Source: Tubiluchus corallicola
Taxonomy: Eukaryota; Animalia; Priapulida
DNA: 64,000 nt
Assembly: GCA_030141605.1 (NCBI GenBank)
Contig: JAQGDQ010000088.1
Span: 558,001 to 622,000 of the forward strand
Direction of reading: 5' to 3'
Shown: piece by piece, positions 37,132-50,100 of the stretch
Numbering within the stretch: position 1 is the first letter of the stretch
How the letters are laid out: every line of letters begins with the position of its first letter
Position numbers and translations under genes: made by a program
The notes under the pieces: model-generated
Told to the model about the DNA's origin: nothing
What the model saw: only the letters and a program-made list of their open reading frames with translations
Databases searched by the model: none

Positions 37132-38124
37132 ATATCTTTTGCACAAGTAGTGGCACTAAGTATTAGATAAATATTTTTACACTGTCACATCTGTGTGCAA
37201 ATTGAAATTAAAAGCTTACAGTTCTTTACATGTTTTTACATATCACTAATTTCTATAGGACAGAAAAACTTTGCTGCTGTAAAAGTATGCAAAAAAGACA
37301 TGGAACACTCACTTCTACTACTTCAAAATTACATAATACATAATGTACACCTGTATGGTCACTATTTATGGAAATACCCTAACAGCAGTAGCTAACGACA
37401 CCAATGTCTGAAATTAGAGAAACATAGTTCAAAAAACATATCTTTTGCTTTTACAATTCACTAAGCAAAGTTGACACCAATGTCAAGTTTTCACATCAAA
37501 TTTAATTATCTTAAAACACGATTACCCTGGCTTTCTTTGTGCAAAATGTTTTATAACTTTAAAGAGTTTAAAACTTTACAGTAAATGACAACTGGCAACT
37601 GCTGTACATAATCATTGTAACATTTATTTCTTCTGTGAAATGTCAAGAGGCAATCAATTTTGTCTTCAAAAACACATGCTGAGGTATTTGTTAATATGAC
37701 ACTATTTTTTTCATATGTTTTCTCCGGAATTACTTTATTCTAGCACAGCACATGCGAAAACAAGTATAACCATTTATACAATATCTCATTGTAGAAGTAT
37801 AGAACCATGTAAAAACTAGGGGCTTATTGAAAGTGATCATTCCAAGTTAACAGTATAACCACAGTTTGTACTTTGATGAAGCAAAATCCGTGTTTTGCAC
37901 TTTTCCAAATGCAACATCCAGACAATCCTAGTAGCTGCAGCATTTTGAGACAACATACTAACAAAACTTGGCGATTGGGCATAATATAATACAAGTTTTA
38001 CAAAACACAGTGCATTGCAGATTAGGAATAAAGCCATGAAACTAAAGAGTCGCTTTCTCTTACTGGAAAAGAACATCACTCACAACACGATCAAGTATTA
38101 ACAAAGATAGCATGAATTTCTTTC

Positions 38125-41100
38125 TCATGAGGTTGCAGATGATTCGAATCCTGTGAAATTCCAACGTCGTTCTAAAGAAGCACCAACCCCAGACAAAGTT
38201 TGCCGGAAGACGCCTGGCAGACGCTGGAGTAATTCCTCTATTTCTTGTGTGCGAATTCCAGGTAAGAGTCTTTGTAGGTATGACCAGATATAATCAGTCC
38301 CAGCACCAAATGGATGCACATGCAGAAAAGTGGCTATCAAGCCTGCAACACACAGAATGCTTGTAAAAAATATTTTTACGCAACGTTAATTCAGCTAAGT
38401 AGAATTAAGCAGGAAAATCTAAATCAGTTCTTGGCTTGAATTCTCAAGACTATTGAGCATTCAGCCAGGCTATTTTCGTACAAAGTAGTGAGTTGTTGCA
38501 TGACAGTTGAAAATGAATCATGCTATTATTTGAGCATGTGATAATATATAAACAGCCAATAGTTTACTGTTTGTAAAGACATAATGCAAAAATTGCAAAC
38601 TAACTGGAGTGAAATCAAAATTTGCTTTTCACCCTAATTATGCACAAAAATCAAATATTTATATTTTATACAGCCTATAACTGGTAAAATCATATTTTTT
38701 GCTGAAGCTACTGTGTTTTTAAGGATATTTTGCACTTTCTTTTTATGGATGATAGCATTCTGCTATGAAACTTTAATTGTATTTAGTTATAATAATTTTT
38801 GTTTCTTTCTAGTGAAGTCTTTTCTGCACTATGTATTCTGCATTTTTTAAAGTTGGGCATTAATACAGAATTCAAGTACTAGTTTTTATCAATCTTTTGA
38901 GTATTTTTAATCTTCTTCTGTTCTTCATCTGAGAATATTTTGCAGAGGTTGTATTTTCATTTCTTTGATGTTGAATTTTTTACTTGTCAAATTATTTTTT
39001 GTCATTAAGAATCATCTCAATTTTCAGCCAAACATTTAATGTGCATAATAATCACAACCCTATTTCGGGGTACTCACCGACAAGTCTTGCCTCTTTGTCA
39101 GACAAACGATCTACTCCCGACGATGCTGATGACACTTCCTGGGCAGCAAAGGCACCCGAATCTCTTGTTCGTGGCAAGTTCTCCACCCCAACAATTCCTG
39201 AAGAGTCTGTATTCGTTTGCTTAGTGGCTGATAGTGACACTACACGTGATGATTCTAGTTTCAGCTAAATAAATTGTCAGAACAATACACTTATTATGTT
39301 TGCTTTACATTTTTAATATAAAAATAGCAAAGTGGATTTAGCTATAACATATATTCCAAACTACAATTAGTTCTAAAAGTACCTTTTCAATGGTTTCACC
39401 ATCTTGCTTCATTTTTTGCTGATTGTCCACAATTTGCTATAATAAAAATGTTTAGTTTAAAATGATGTTTGTTTTGGCATTGACATAAAATATGAGATAC
39501 ATTAAAAATGGCAAATGTAAAATATGGTTACACATATTTTATTGATGTTTCAGAGTTCTGCATTCCACATTCACAAAGGCACACTAATTGTAGCATTTGC
39601 TCTTATACTTTTTTGTGAAATAAAATCCCATAAAAGCAAACTTCACAAATCATGCATATTTATTTAGGAAACTAAAGTGGTGAACTTATCTGAAACCTAA
39701 AACTAGAATAGGATTATCACAGTTACATTGATGCTTTACAGGTAACACACCATAAGTGTTGCACTCATTATTCTTTGAAAAATGTTGCCTTCTGATTTGT
39801 TCTAGGCAAGATCGCATAGTTTTGCTGCAGACAGTTGAAAACATAGATCTTCCAGATAATTTTTCTATGTCAGGCTATGGCTAGGCTCTTTAGCTATGAG
39901 ACATTGCTAAAAGCCACCATCTTCTAACTTCCATCAGATTTTCTGTTCAACTGCATGCTATTAAAAATGTGTAATTCTATAAGTTTCTGAAATTTAAGAA
40001 ACATAAGCATGACATCAATATTTGTTATCTACAGACATTACATTTTGAATTCCATTATTACCTTTTGCATTGCTTCTAGAGTTTGCTGCAAAGCTTTTAT
40101 TTGATTGTCCCGATAGTCCACTGATTCATTGTGTTCTGCTTTTAAAACATCTACTTCATTTTTATAGGCATCAACCTGCAGCATTTAATAGAGTAAAAAT
40201 AATTAACAACAGCTACCTGACAAGTAAGGTAAAGGTCTTAACGACTTATTGTTAAGACCACGAAATCAGCAGAAAAATATTAGCTAATTATTGTCTCTAA
40301 TAACAAACTGGCCATTTTAAACCTATAATAAGTTGTTTACAGAGCTGGCTTTTAACAATAACAAACATCACGACTATCTTACTTGTTGCTGCTGCAGAAA
40401 TATATGACATAATAAAGTGACAAAATTTCTTTTGCTTTAATTTTATATTAACAGCAACACATAACAAGAACCAGTCATTCTACATTAATTAATGTTTCAT
40501 TGTATATTGAGACACCTTAACACTGAATCTTATAATGACACACGCAATGTCATCAAAATGTTTTCAAACATCATTAGCTAATTGAAAACCTTTTTCAGGG
40601 CCGGCTCTATGTAGTTTGGCGCCCCAGGCAAGTATTTTTAGTGCTCCATCTTCAACTGTGGACCACTTCCAACATAGTCACCATGCATCCCAACCATAAT
40701 GGCATCTGTGTATTAGGCTTATACATGTTTTATAGTGTACTAACTAACTGTAGTTAATTACCTATCTATAGCCTGTGTTGATTTAATTTGACACTGAATT
40801 ATGAACCACAGTCCCAGGTATTTGGGAGCAATGAAAATTTCTGCAATTTCTGTAATTTTCCTGTACAATGTACATGCTCTTGGCTAGGTTTTCACTCAGC
40901 CTTTTCATCAGAAAATTTTTGAAACATGGACTCCTCTTTTTCACATACACCATTTCACTAGTTTCATGATTTTCACAACCTGGTCTAGTTGCAAATAGTT
41001 TGTACACCAGCTTTTTTATCTTTTGCTTCTTGTGTTACGCTCTTGAAAGCTTCAATTCTTATAGAGTTATCTACTACAATTAGATAAATGTTATAGCAAG

Positions 41101-44100
41101 GAACTTTTTTATTAAATGAGAGAGTTGTTACTCTGCTGCTCTCAGCAGTAGAAAGTGTTTTGCTGAGGGAAGAGAGTTCCGTGTTAGCGTGAATTAATCA
41201 TATTTTGGCAAGAAAATAACTCAAGCAGTTTTTTCATTAAATTATAGTGTAGTGCATTTAAGCAATTACACATATATTATGTTATTACATATGCTAAAGC
41301 CAAACTTAAAAATATACATTATATTATTACTTGTGCTAAAGCTAAACTTAAAAATTAAAAATATTACTTCCAGAATTTGGTGCCCCCAATATTTGGCACC
41401 CTCGGCAACTGCCTAGTGGTATAGCTGACCCTGACTTTTTCACAAAATGAAAACACCTACCTGACATCTTAACTGATCATTTTCTTCCTTCAGATTGCCC
41501 ACTTGCATGTTTTGTACATGTAGCTGTGCCTGAAGCACTAGAGGAAATGCATGTACAAAAATTTCATTAGAAAACTTTAGACTACTGGAGGCAAGTAAAA
41601 AAGCTTGTGGTTAAAACTAGTACTTCTGAAATCTTCTGAAAGTAAACTGACCCATTTTCATATTATGCACTAGGCTAATCACTGAATATTAATTTCTCAG
41701 AGAAAAACATGAAATCACACCTGCTAGCATTGACATTTAAACTAGTTATTCATGGATCTACCCAAATTAAATAACTAAGTTTAGATGGTGAGTTCAAGTT
41801 TTTCATAATCACCAAGCAACATTACTATTTTGAAAATTAAACTAGTTATTCATGGATCTACCCAAATTAAATAACTAAGTTTAGATGGTGAGTTCAAGTT
41901 TTTTACAATCACCAAGCAACATTACTATTTTGAAAATTAAACTGGCTGATATGATTATTTTGCAAGGCTTCTTTATAACAATGGCCAGACAAATGCAAAA
42001 AAAGTTTTCAGTAATATAACCATTATAATATTTGTACATGTATCACTATGTATTTCCTAAAATATTATTATTTATTTGATAAGAAGATAGCAGAAGGCAA
42101 CAGAAAAGTTAATAAATACCCATATCATCTTCAGTGCGACTTTTTTTGTTTGGAGGTCCATCGGCACTGGAACTGTGACTGTCTCCTTCTCCGTCAGACA
42201 TTTCCATCTCATCCTCATGTCGATCGCTTAAGAATTCCTCCATATTAGTCGCTTTGATCTCCTATAATATTACAAAATAGAAAAAAATCAGTAAACTAAA
42301 GAGCTTAACCCTATGCAGAAATAGAGAAAACAAACCAAATGAAGCTGTATTCAACGTCAGTTTGAAAGGAGCAATTTCCAATTTCACATAAAAATCTGAA
42401 CAAAACGATACCAATTCATTAACTTCTGGAAAATTGGAAAAGCCTTCACATGATGAAGTTTTGCAATCTTGTCAGGGCATTAATACCTCGTCAACTTTTT
42501 TCTTCCAACTATGGCAACAAAAATGCATCACAGACATCCAAAATTTGCCTTCTGATTATAACAAAAATCATAAGCATATCAGTGCTATACAACTTTCATT
42601 AGCTGACTGTCACATTAAGTTTGAGCAATTCAGCAACATTTTGTTGATGATATTTGAAGGCAGTTGGACAGATTCTAGTCCCGTGCCAATGTCAAATGAT
42701 GTAAAAGTGCAGTAGCCAGCAAATGTATTCTTTCCCAGAATTCTTTCCCATATACTTACCCAAAGTAAGAAAACCTTTTTACCATTGATATTTACTTCTG
42801 TTATCCATCAGGTACTTTCCACAGAGTAGTGTTTATTAGTTTTACGTTTTTCGGCTCGATATACTCAATGAAAATGTTCAGTACTAACAGCAGCAATATC
42901 GGTTTAATGGCTCAAATAAGGCATTTTTACCAAAATCATTAAAACATTTTACTAATATAATTAGCAATTTAATACATTCTCGAAGGCATAACAAAGGCTC
43001 CATTGGATGAAGTGTCAATGGCCAAACTGTCTACTACTCATACATCAAATAACAACCATTTATGCTTGTTAATTTTTTTATGCACTTCAGAAAAATTCAC
43101 AGTTTTATATAAGTATTTAAAGTTGTTAGTCTATCTACTTGGAGACATTCCAAATACTGTATCAAGCTGTTAGTTCACAGCATTACCAATGTATACCTGT
43201 AACAGTTGTTATACAATATGCCAGCCAAACCATGCCTTAGCAGTTGTTTTATAAGTACTATGGTAAACGATTTACACTCCCATTTTCCTTATGAAATATG
43301 ACATTTCATAGATACTATATTTTTTATCATATGAGATGCTGGAATACCAACTTCATTGCCATACATGTTGCATATCACCTATTACGTAATGATTTGTAAT
43401 GCAAATGTAATCGAATAAGCACAATTATTTTGTTCTACTTGGCCTCAATCCTGCAAGCACACAAAGTCAACCATTTGCAGCCACAAATCTATAAATCCCC
43501 ATCAGAATTCCCTACCATCAATTTAGTAGAATTTCCTACTACAGTGGTCACTGAAATCCAGAATACCATTGATATTTAAAGTAATGCATAAAGATCCAAG
43601 TGCAAGTGAGCTAAAATGCTTGAAATGTTGCCTACCTCATTTTCTGGTACCAGCCTAATATGTTGGAAATTAGGCGATTTATATTGTTAAAATAATCTAA
43701 TGATTTTAAAGCGTGTTTTGAAAGAAACACAGTCACACAAAAAACAGGTAGTAAGAAAAAACCCAAGACAAGTTAGATAAAACTGGATCTTTCATGCATG
43801 ATGCACATTTAGGCATTGTTGACACAGAAGTGATGTTTTTTACCTCATTATAAGGTAAAATTATTGCACTTTTCTAAACATTCTAGTATGAAACATTTAA
43901 GTCACTTACAATTCCTAATATACTGAACACATATCAAATACCAGCAAAATGAAGTGCAAAAATAACGGTGAAAATTTTATTTTGCTAGACAAGAAACTAG
44001 GCACTAATTCTCTTGTAATTATACATCACATGTTCAGGTGCATCGAACAAAAGAACTGGGACAATTTGCTGGTTAAAACTGAACATAGCACACTTAGTGC

Positions 44101-47100
44101 AAGATTTCGTGCAAAGTTAATGAAGCATTATTTTTATTAAACGCCACCAGCGAACATGGGAAGTTAAACAACAAATCATAAATTAAAAGTGAATGGATAA
44201 TTAGCATTGTAAAATATAGCATGAAGAAAATTTTTCACAATGCAGAAAGTAATGCTGCTATATGATCTAGAAAACCCGAAATTAAGTAAATTCAAACAAC
44301 ATTTGAATTTCAGTAACTAGATGAGGTCAACAGACAAGACTGTCATATCGTGTCTAGCCGTGCCAGTTCATGGTTAATACAAGTTCTAGTATAACAAATT
44401 TAACAAGTAACCTTTACTTGAGATTGACTGCCAAAGGTACCATAGCATTACTTTCAGTTTTTGCTATTCTTACCCTTCTGAATTTGCTAAACTAGGGAAT
44501 TCGGGATACAAACTTGCATGCTGTATTTAGTTCAAAACTCATAAATTTTACTCCACTATGTAGCGATTCTCACTTCTTACTGACTACAGGCCTGTCAACT
44601 TTTTCTGAATTAAGCAACGTGCTATTAGCTTATGTAGCCACACTGCATTGAATAAACTGTCGAAATAAAAACACTTCAAATAGCAAAATCACTCTACGTT
44701 AAGAAAGAGAAAATAGCAGCTTAAATAGAGTGGTACAAAATGAAACTAACACATCAAAACAACTTGGCTACACATCCAATACACTATGCTGACCACAATG
44801 ACAGGCCTGCAGGTGTTTTTGCAAACCGTCTAACATCATCCTACCTGACACTGTTTTCTCCACAGGTCGATGTTCTTCCGCTGTGCCTTGCTGAAATGAT
44901 CCCAAGCCTTTTGCTTTGTTGCTGCATTGAACACCTTGTCTATCTGATCAACTTTAAGAATAAAAAGCAACTTTTTACATGAAATATAGCGGTGAGGTTG
45001 AAGAATTCCCGGTAAAAAACTCACCTCGTATGACATAAACACGTAACTCGGATCATGCACCCACTTACCACACGATGTCTTATACGAAGAACAATAATGG
45101 TATAAACCTTATCACTCTATAAATAAATGTCTTAACAACTGAAACGGATTATGAAGCTCACTTTTGCTAGTTTGACTAGTTAACACTGAGCAAATTCTAT
45201 ATTTTGCCTTAGAGAATGAACAATTCGACATTGACAATGCAATGATTATGAACGTCTATTTTACTTTAATGTAATTTGGTGTTTCCTAACCAAACCTAGG
45301 ATGTGCCATTCAAGTAAGTGTACGAAATTATTCACCGGACTAACTGGGTCTTTTAAACAATATAAAGCCTAATTTTGACTTTTTTGCCACTATTTACCTC
45401 AAGCAAACAGGTACTCAGAGAAGAGCTAAGAAGCAGGTTTAATTCACAAAAACTAATATGGCTTTCACATGAAAACGTATTAGTATGCAATCAGTACTGT
45501 TCGGTATTGTGCGAAAATATGTAACACCTAATTAAAAACGATCATGGTAAGTCGACTTCAGAACAGGCTTCCCCATTCAGACTGGTGTTAAACAGGTTAG
45601 CGTCACACTGAGTTAGGCAACCAGAATATTCATTAGAGTAGATTCGAGCCCATAAAATTTGCTCTGCGTTACTTAAAATGCTGCAAAACTGCGAACACGT
45701 TAAATCTCCATGGAATTTCAAACACGTCAGTAGTGTGAAAACACGAAAGTAATTTTTTTTGAACATTTTAGAAAATCTGGACATACATAATGTTTTAGAT
45801 AGTAGAAGGCAAAAGAATTAAAAACTGTTTGCTGAAGTGACAGGCCAGCGGAGGGAAATTGGTACTGAAAAAATGTGGCAATAGTATCAAACAAAATGTG
45901 GCAACAGTGCTGAAAATGAGTAAACTTAATTATGCAAATATATTCTGTGTTACTGTCTACTGCATGCCTGATAGTCACCCCCGGTACACAATGCAACAGC
46001 TCTGCAGTGTTCTCAGTCCCCCAAGAGCTAGCTAGCCCTGCACGAACCTGCACCATTTTTATTTAAAAATCATACAAGCTGCTCAGTCCAATAAAGAAAG
46101 CAAACATTCATTTCAGAGAGCTTGTACAATGCAGAATATTATAGTTTCTAATGGAGCTATGATTACATTGACAGTGAACTTACCATACTCATAAACAGGC
46201 ATTTTTTCAGTTACAGTATCTAAAGCTTTTATGACAATCATAAAATGCATTTATTGCACAAACTGTCAGCTTAATAAGCAAACATAAAAATTTATAAATA
46301 ACATACAGATACCACAACCTACTTTTCCGCATATTCACTTCTTGCTACTGGGCTTACTGTCACTAGGCAAATGCAAAAGTTGTTTTACTGAAAACTAATT
46401 ATTTCTAATAAAATCTATTTCAGAAATTATTATAGAGAGATAGTCATTGAGATGAAGTCATAGACATCAATTCATTCAACTGAATGATTTAACAGTGACT
46501 TTGCTGTCTAAAGTATGCAAACACCAAGCTGGTAATAGTGTGTCTGCTACCTGATGCATATTTGCAGTTATAGTTACGATGTCACGCTGGTCTGGCTTGA
46601 TCTAGGTGCAGTCTCACTGATCTCAGAGTGGCTAGCTATTGTGAACAACACAGACCTACTCACTCCATTGTCTTATCACAAGCAAAAATTTAAATAAACA
46701 AATATAATGATAGCCAGATGTAAAACATATAAAATGCAGGTTTTGTAAAAAGTTTGTTTACATACAATCTCTGTAAATGTAAACAACATTTTTTTGTTTC
46801 TTTTCTGCAGCCTCCACACAAAAGACCTCTGCTCATTTGTAGTTTCTCTGTAGTGCGAATTCGTCATTAATTTCTATAGTTTCACAACATTAAAACTAAC
46901 AAAGCTTTTACAAATTCTAACATTTCCGAAAAACAAAGGTCCAAAACCATTAATATTGTTTTAATAGCCCTAACAGTACACTGAAGAAAGTTATATGTGT
47001 GCTTGCATAGCAAAATTGTCGATAAGTCAGCAATTATGGTTTTCTAGTTATACACATATCCTGAATCTCCATTTCATGAGGAACATTTTGATACCAAGTT

Positions 47101-50100
47101 CATCACTCTATGTTATTTTCAAGCTGAGATAATCAATGTTGAAGTTGAGGTGATGCTACGCACTGAAAGACACAATCTTGACAAAATTGCTGTTAAACTT
47201 AGCTATTGTTTTTTGTCGCATTTCTTCAAAACACTTAGCAACCGCAAAAATGTGGGTTGCTACAGACCTTGCAAGAGCACGTTGAAGTTATGTTTAAATC
47301 CAGTAGATGGTTCTCCCAGACGAAGATCCGGGCTTGGCAACAGAAAAAACCCGAAGCAACTTCCAGGAGCTGCTATTGGAGTTTGAAAATAGGAGTTTTT
47401 TACAATTGCATTACTAGTTTCTAGAGAGAAAAGTGGGTAACGAGATATGAAATTAAATTTTTGGTTTTTTTTTTGAATACTTTCTTGATGATTTGATGCT
47501 AGGGTTGGTTTTTGCAAAATACAAATAAAATTGACATTTGACCAAATTTTTGTGTCGCTCTACTTTGAAGCATCATAACGTACTTTTAACTATGCCAACT
47601 TATGGATTGTTTTGGTATGCAAGCAAACATATGACAATTTGGGTTTGTCCTTCACTTTGACTTTTTACATTTTACCAAGGATTTGCAAACAGCGTTATCA
47701 GTACCATGTACATTCAGACAACAGATCTGAGTAACAGAAAATTAATCCAGACAATAATATCCTTTTTAGATCGTCCTGCATTTTAATGGTTATTCTAAAC
47801 TTACCGATACTTTGCGCTTCAGTACACGCATTACGTTTGTTGCTTGAAATGTTTCTTACAGTCATCCACAGCACATTATTACCACAAATCCACATTCCAT
47901 TATTTACTTGCACATATATGCAGTTTGTCTTACAATAAATTAGTGGTGCTTTCTGTCCAAAAAACAACATCATTGCCCACAGGTAACCTTGCATGTTCAT
48001 CATTTGCCCAAAAAATTAAGCAAACTTATTGCTTGCAATATTAAGCTTTTATTCCGAGTGTTCTTACTGCCACTGTCTTGTCACAAAAGGTTCTAGCTTC
48101 CAGTAGAAGACTCATTGCAATAAATACGCATAGCACAAGGCAAATTGAAACTGTTTGCTTTGTGAGAAATACTAACAACCATCGGTTTGCTAACATTTTA
48201 TATTACACAATGGCTTTCATGTACCTTTATGTCACTAAGTTTAAAGTCTGTCATCACCTGTGACAATAAATGTAATGTGAAAAGTAAGACTAGAATTTTA
48301 CATGAGAAACATATACACTACAAAAAATTAAATTTATACGTGTTCACGCTGTACATAGTTTTAACACAAAAAACCTCACCAATGGTTCTGCAACTGCTCA
48401 AAACTTGAATTAAACTTGAGTACGTAAATTTTTCAGAATTCATACTTACACTGAGTAAGTAAACCTTGGAACCTTTGCTTCATCATATCTTTTAATTTCA
48501 TCATTTCTTCTTCATATTGCTGCTTTTCATTCATTAAACGCCTTACATGAGAGTTAGTGCTTTGAATCATTGAGTAGAATGAATTTGCTGAGCGTCGATT
48601 ACAGTCGCCACGCTCCAACCATGTAATCAGCAGTGAAGATGCTTTAAAGAATGTCTCTTCATCTATGGTAAATATAAAATGAAGAATGCACTTAATATGT
48701 AAACACAAATAGTTGAACATTTACATATATCACTGGTAAAGGTATATACTAAACTATAGTTTGCGATGATTATTTTGTTTTTTCTAAAGCTAGAAGCAAT
48801 GTTTGACAGTGACGTTATTTTTCATGTTTTTCCTCTTACACATATACATACATATTAACTATAAATTACAAAATGTACGTGTAGTCTTTTTCTTCGACAA
48901 ACCTTTACAAACTTTAGATGTGATTTACAACTACATTTGGAGTATTAATAAAGTAAAGTAATTATCATCAGTAAAGAATCAGAAAATATATAATGCAAAC
49001 TATCAGACCAAACACATAAACTTTACTCAACCAAAACTGACAATGCAGGTTAATCATAAAAGCTTAACTTTGACAAATGACAGTTTCCACTTTTTCCACT
49101 TAGAAAAACTGAGGACACTAGGATTATAAACAAAACACAAACTTTTTAGTTGGTCAGATACAATAACAGATTCATGATCGGAAAAATGAATGACTGGTGG
49201 AGGACTAGGTGCCATCATGCGGTCCTGTTCAACACGTTGTCTATGTCTCATCTCACGCTGCACTGCACGAAGAGCGCATTCCCATTCATACAGATCATCA
49301 CGTGCTTGAGCAAAATCTACATGCAGACGACCAGTGTGAGATGCATCTGTATTAGAGCCAATTCTCATTCGATAACCTGGAAAACATAAATTAAAAATGT
49401 TAATAAAATTATCAAAACTTAATTGCTCAATCTCAGCAACTGGAAAAAAAAGAATACGTAACAATCTTTAATTTTCCGTATCACCTAGCAGTGCAGCATT
49501 AGCAAAGTGTGTTGTTGCATAGAGTATCAATTAACAATGAACTAGCATCAATCTATGAACTTAGACAAAAGCAAGATGAGTTTTCATATCATACCCCATT
49601 TTGAAGTACAGTAAAAAGTAAACATTTTAACAACAATGTTTCTACAATTAATTAATAGGTTAAAAACTCAATTAATGACAGGTGAGCACAGTTAGTGATG
49701 AAGTCACAATTGAATAAAATTTTCAACAGCTGAAACATTCCACGAGTGTCTTGCACCTGTTTGTGAAAGCGAAAATTGAAATATGTATATCGCTACTGTA
49801 CAACATTCAGTATGATAAATAAAAATTCTACAAATTTTAAGTTTAAAATTCAAATTTGAAGTTTACTGCTGTACTCAGGCATGAGGTCTCAAACGTGTGT
49901 ATTATGTCATAACTGAAAACATTTCTGAACTGAGAAGTACATCATCTGTTTTCTGTGCAATGCGTTTTGGAGCTGCAGGCGCTAGTGCCCGTTCCAGCTA
50001 GCGAATGGTGAAATGTATGTAACTAGCAATGTAAGCGAAGAACTAGCAATGCGAACACGAAATTACACTTCTGTGGTAACAACTCCTTCACACAAGTCAT

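Noticed and set aside
47698-48260. Cys/Trp-rich ORFs suggesting a transposase or zinc finger remnant
   Set aside because: Only a CxxxxC..F fragment among many stops; no family assignment is supportable.
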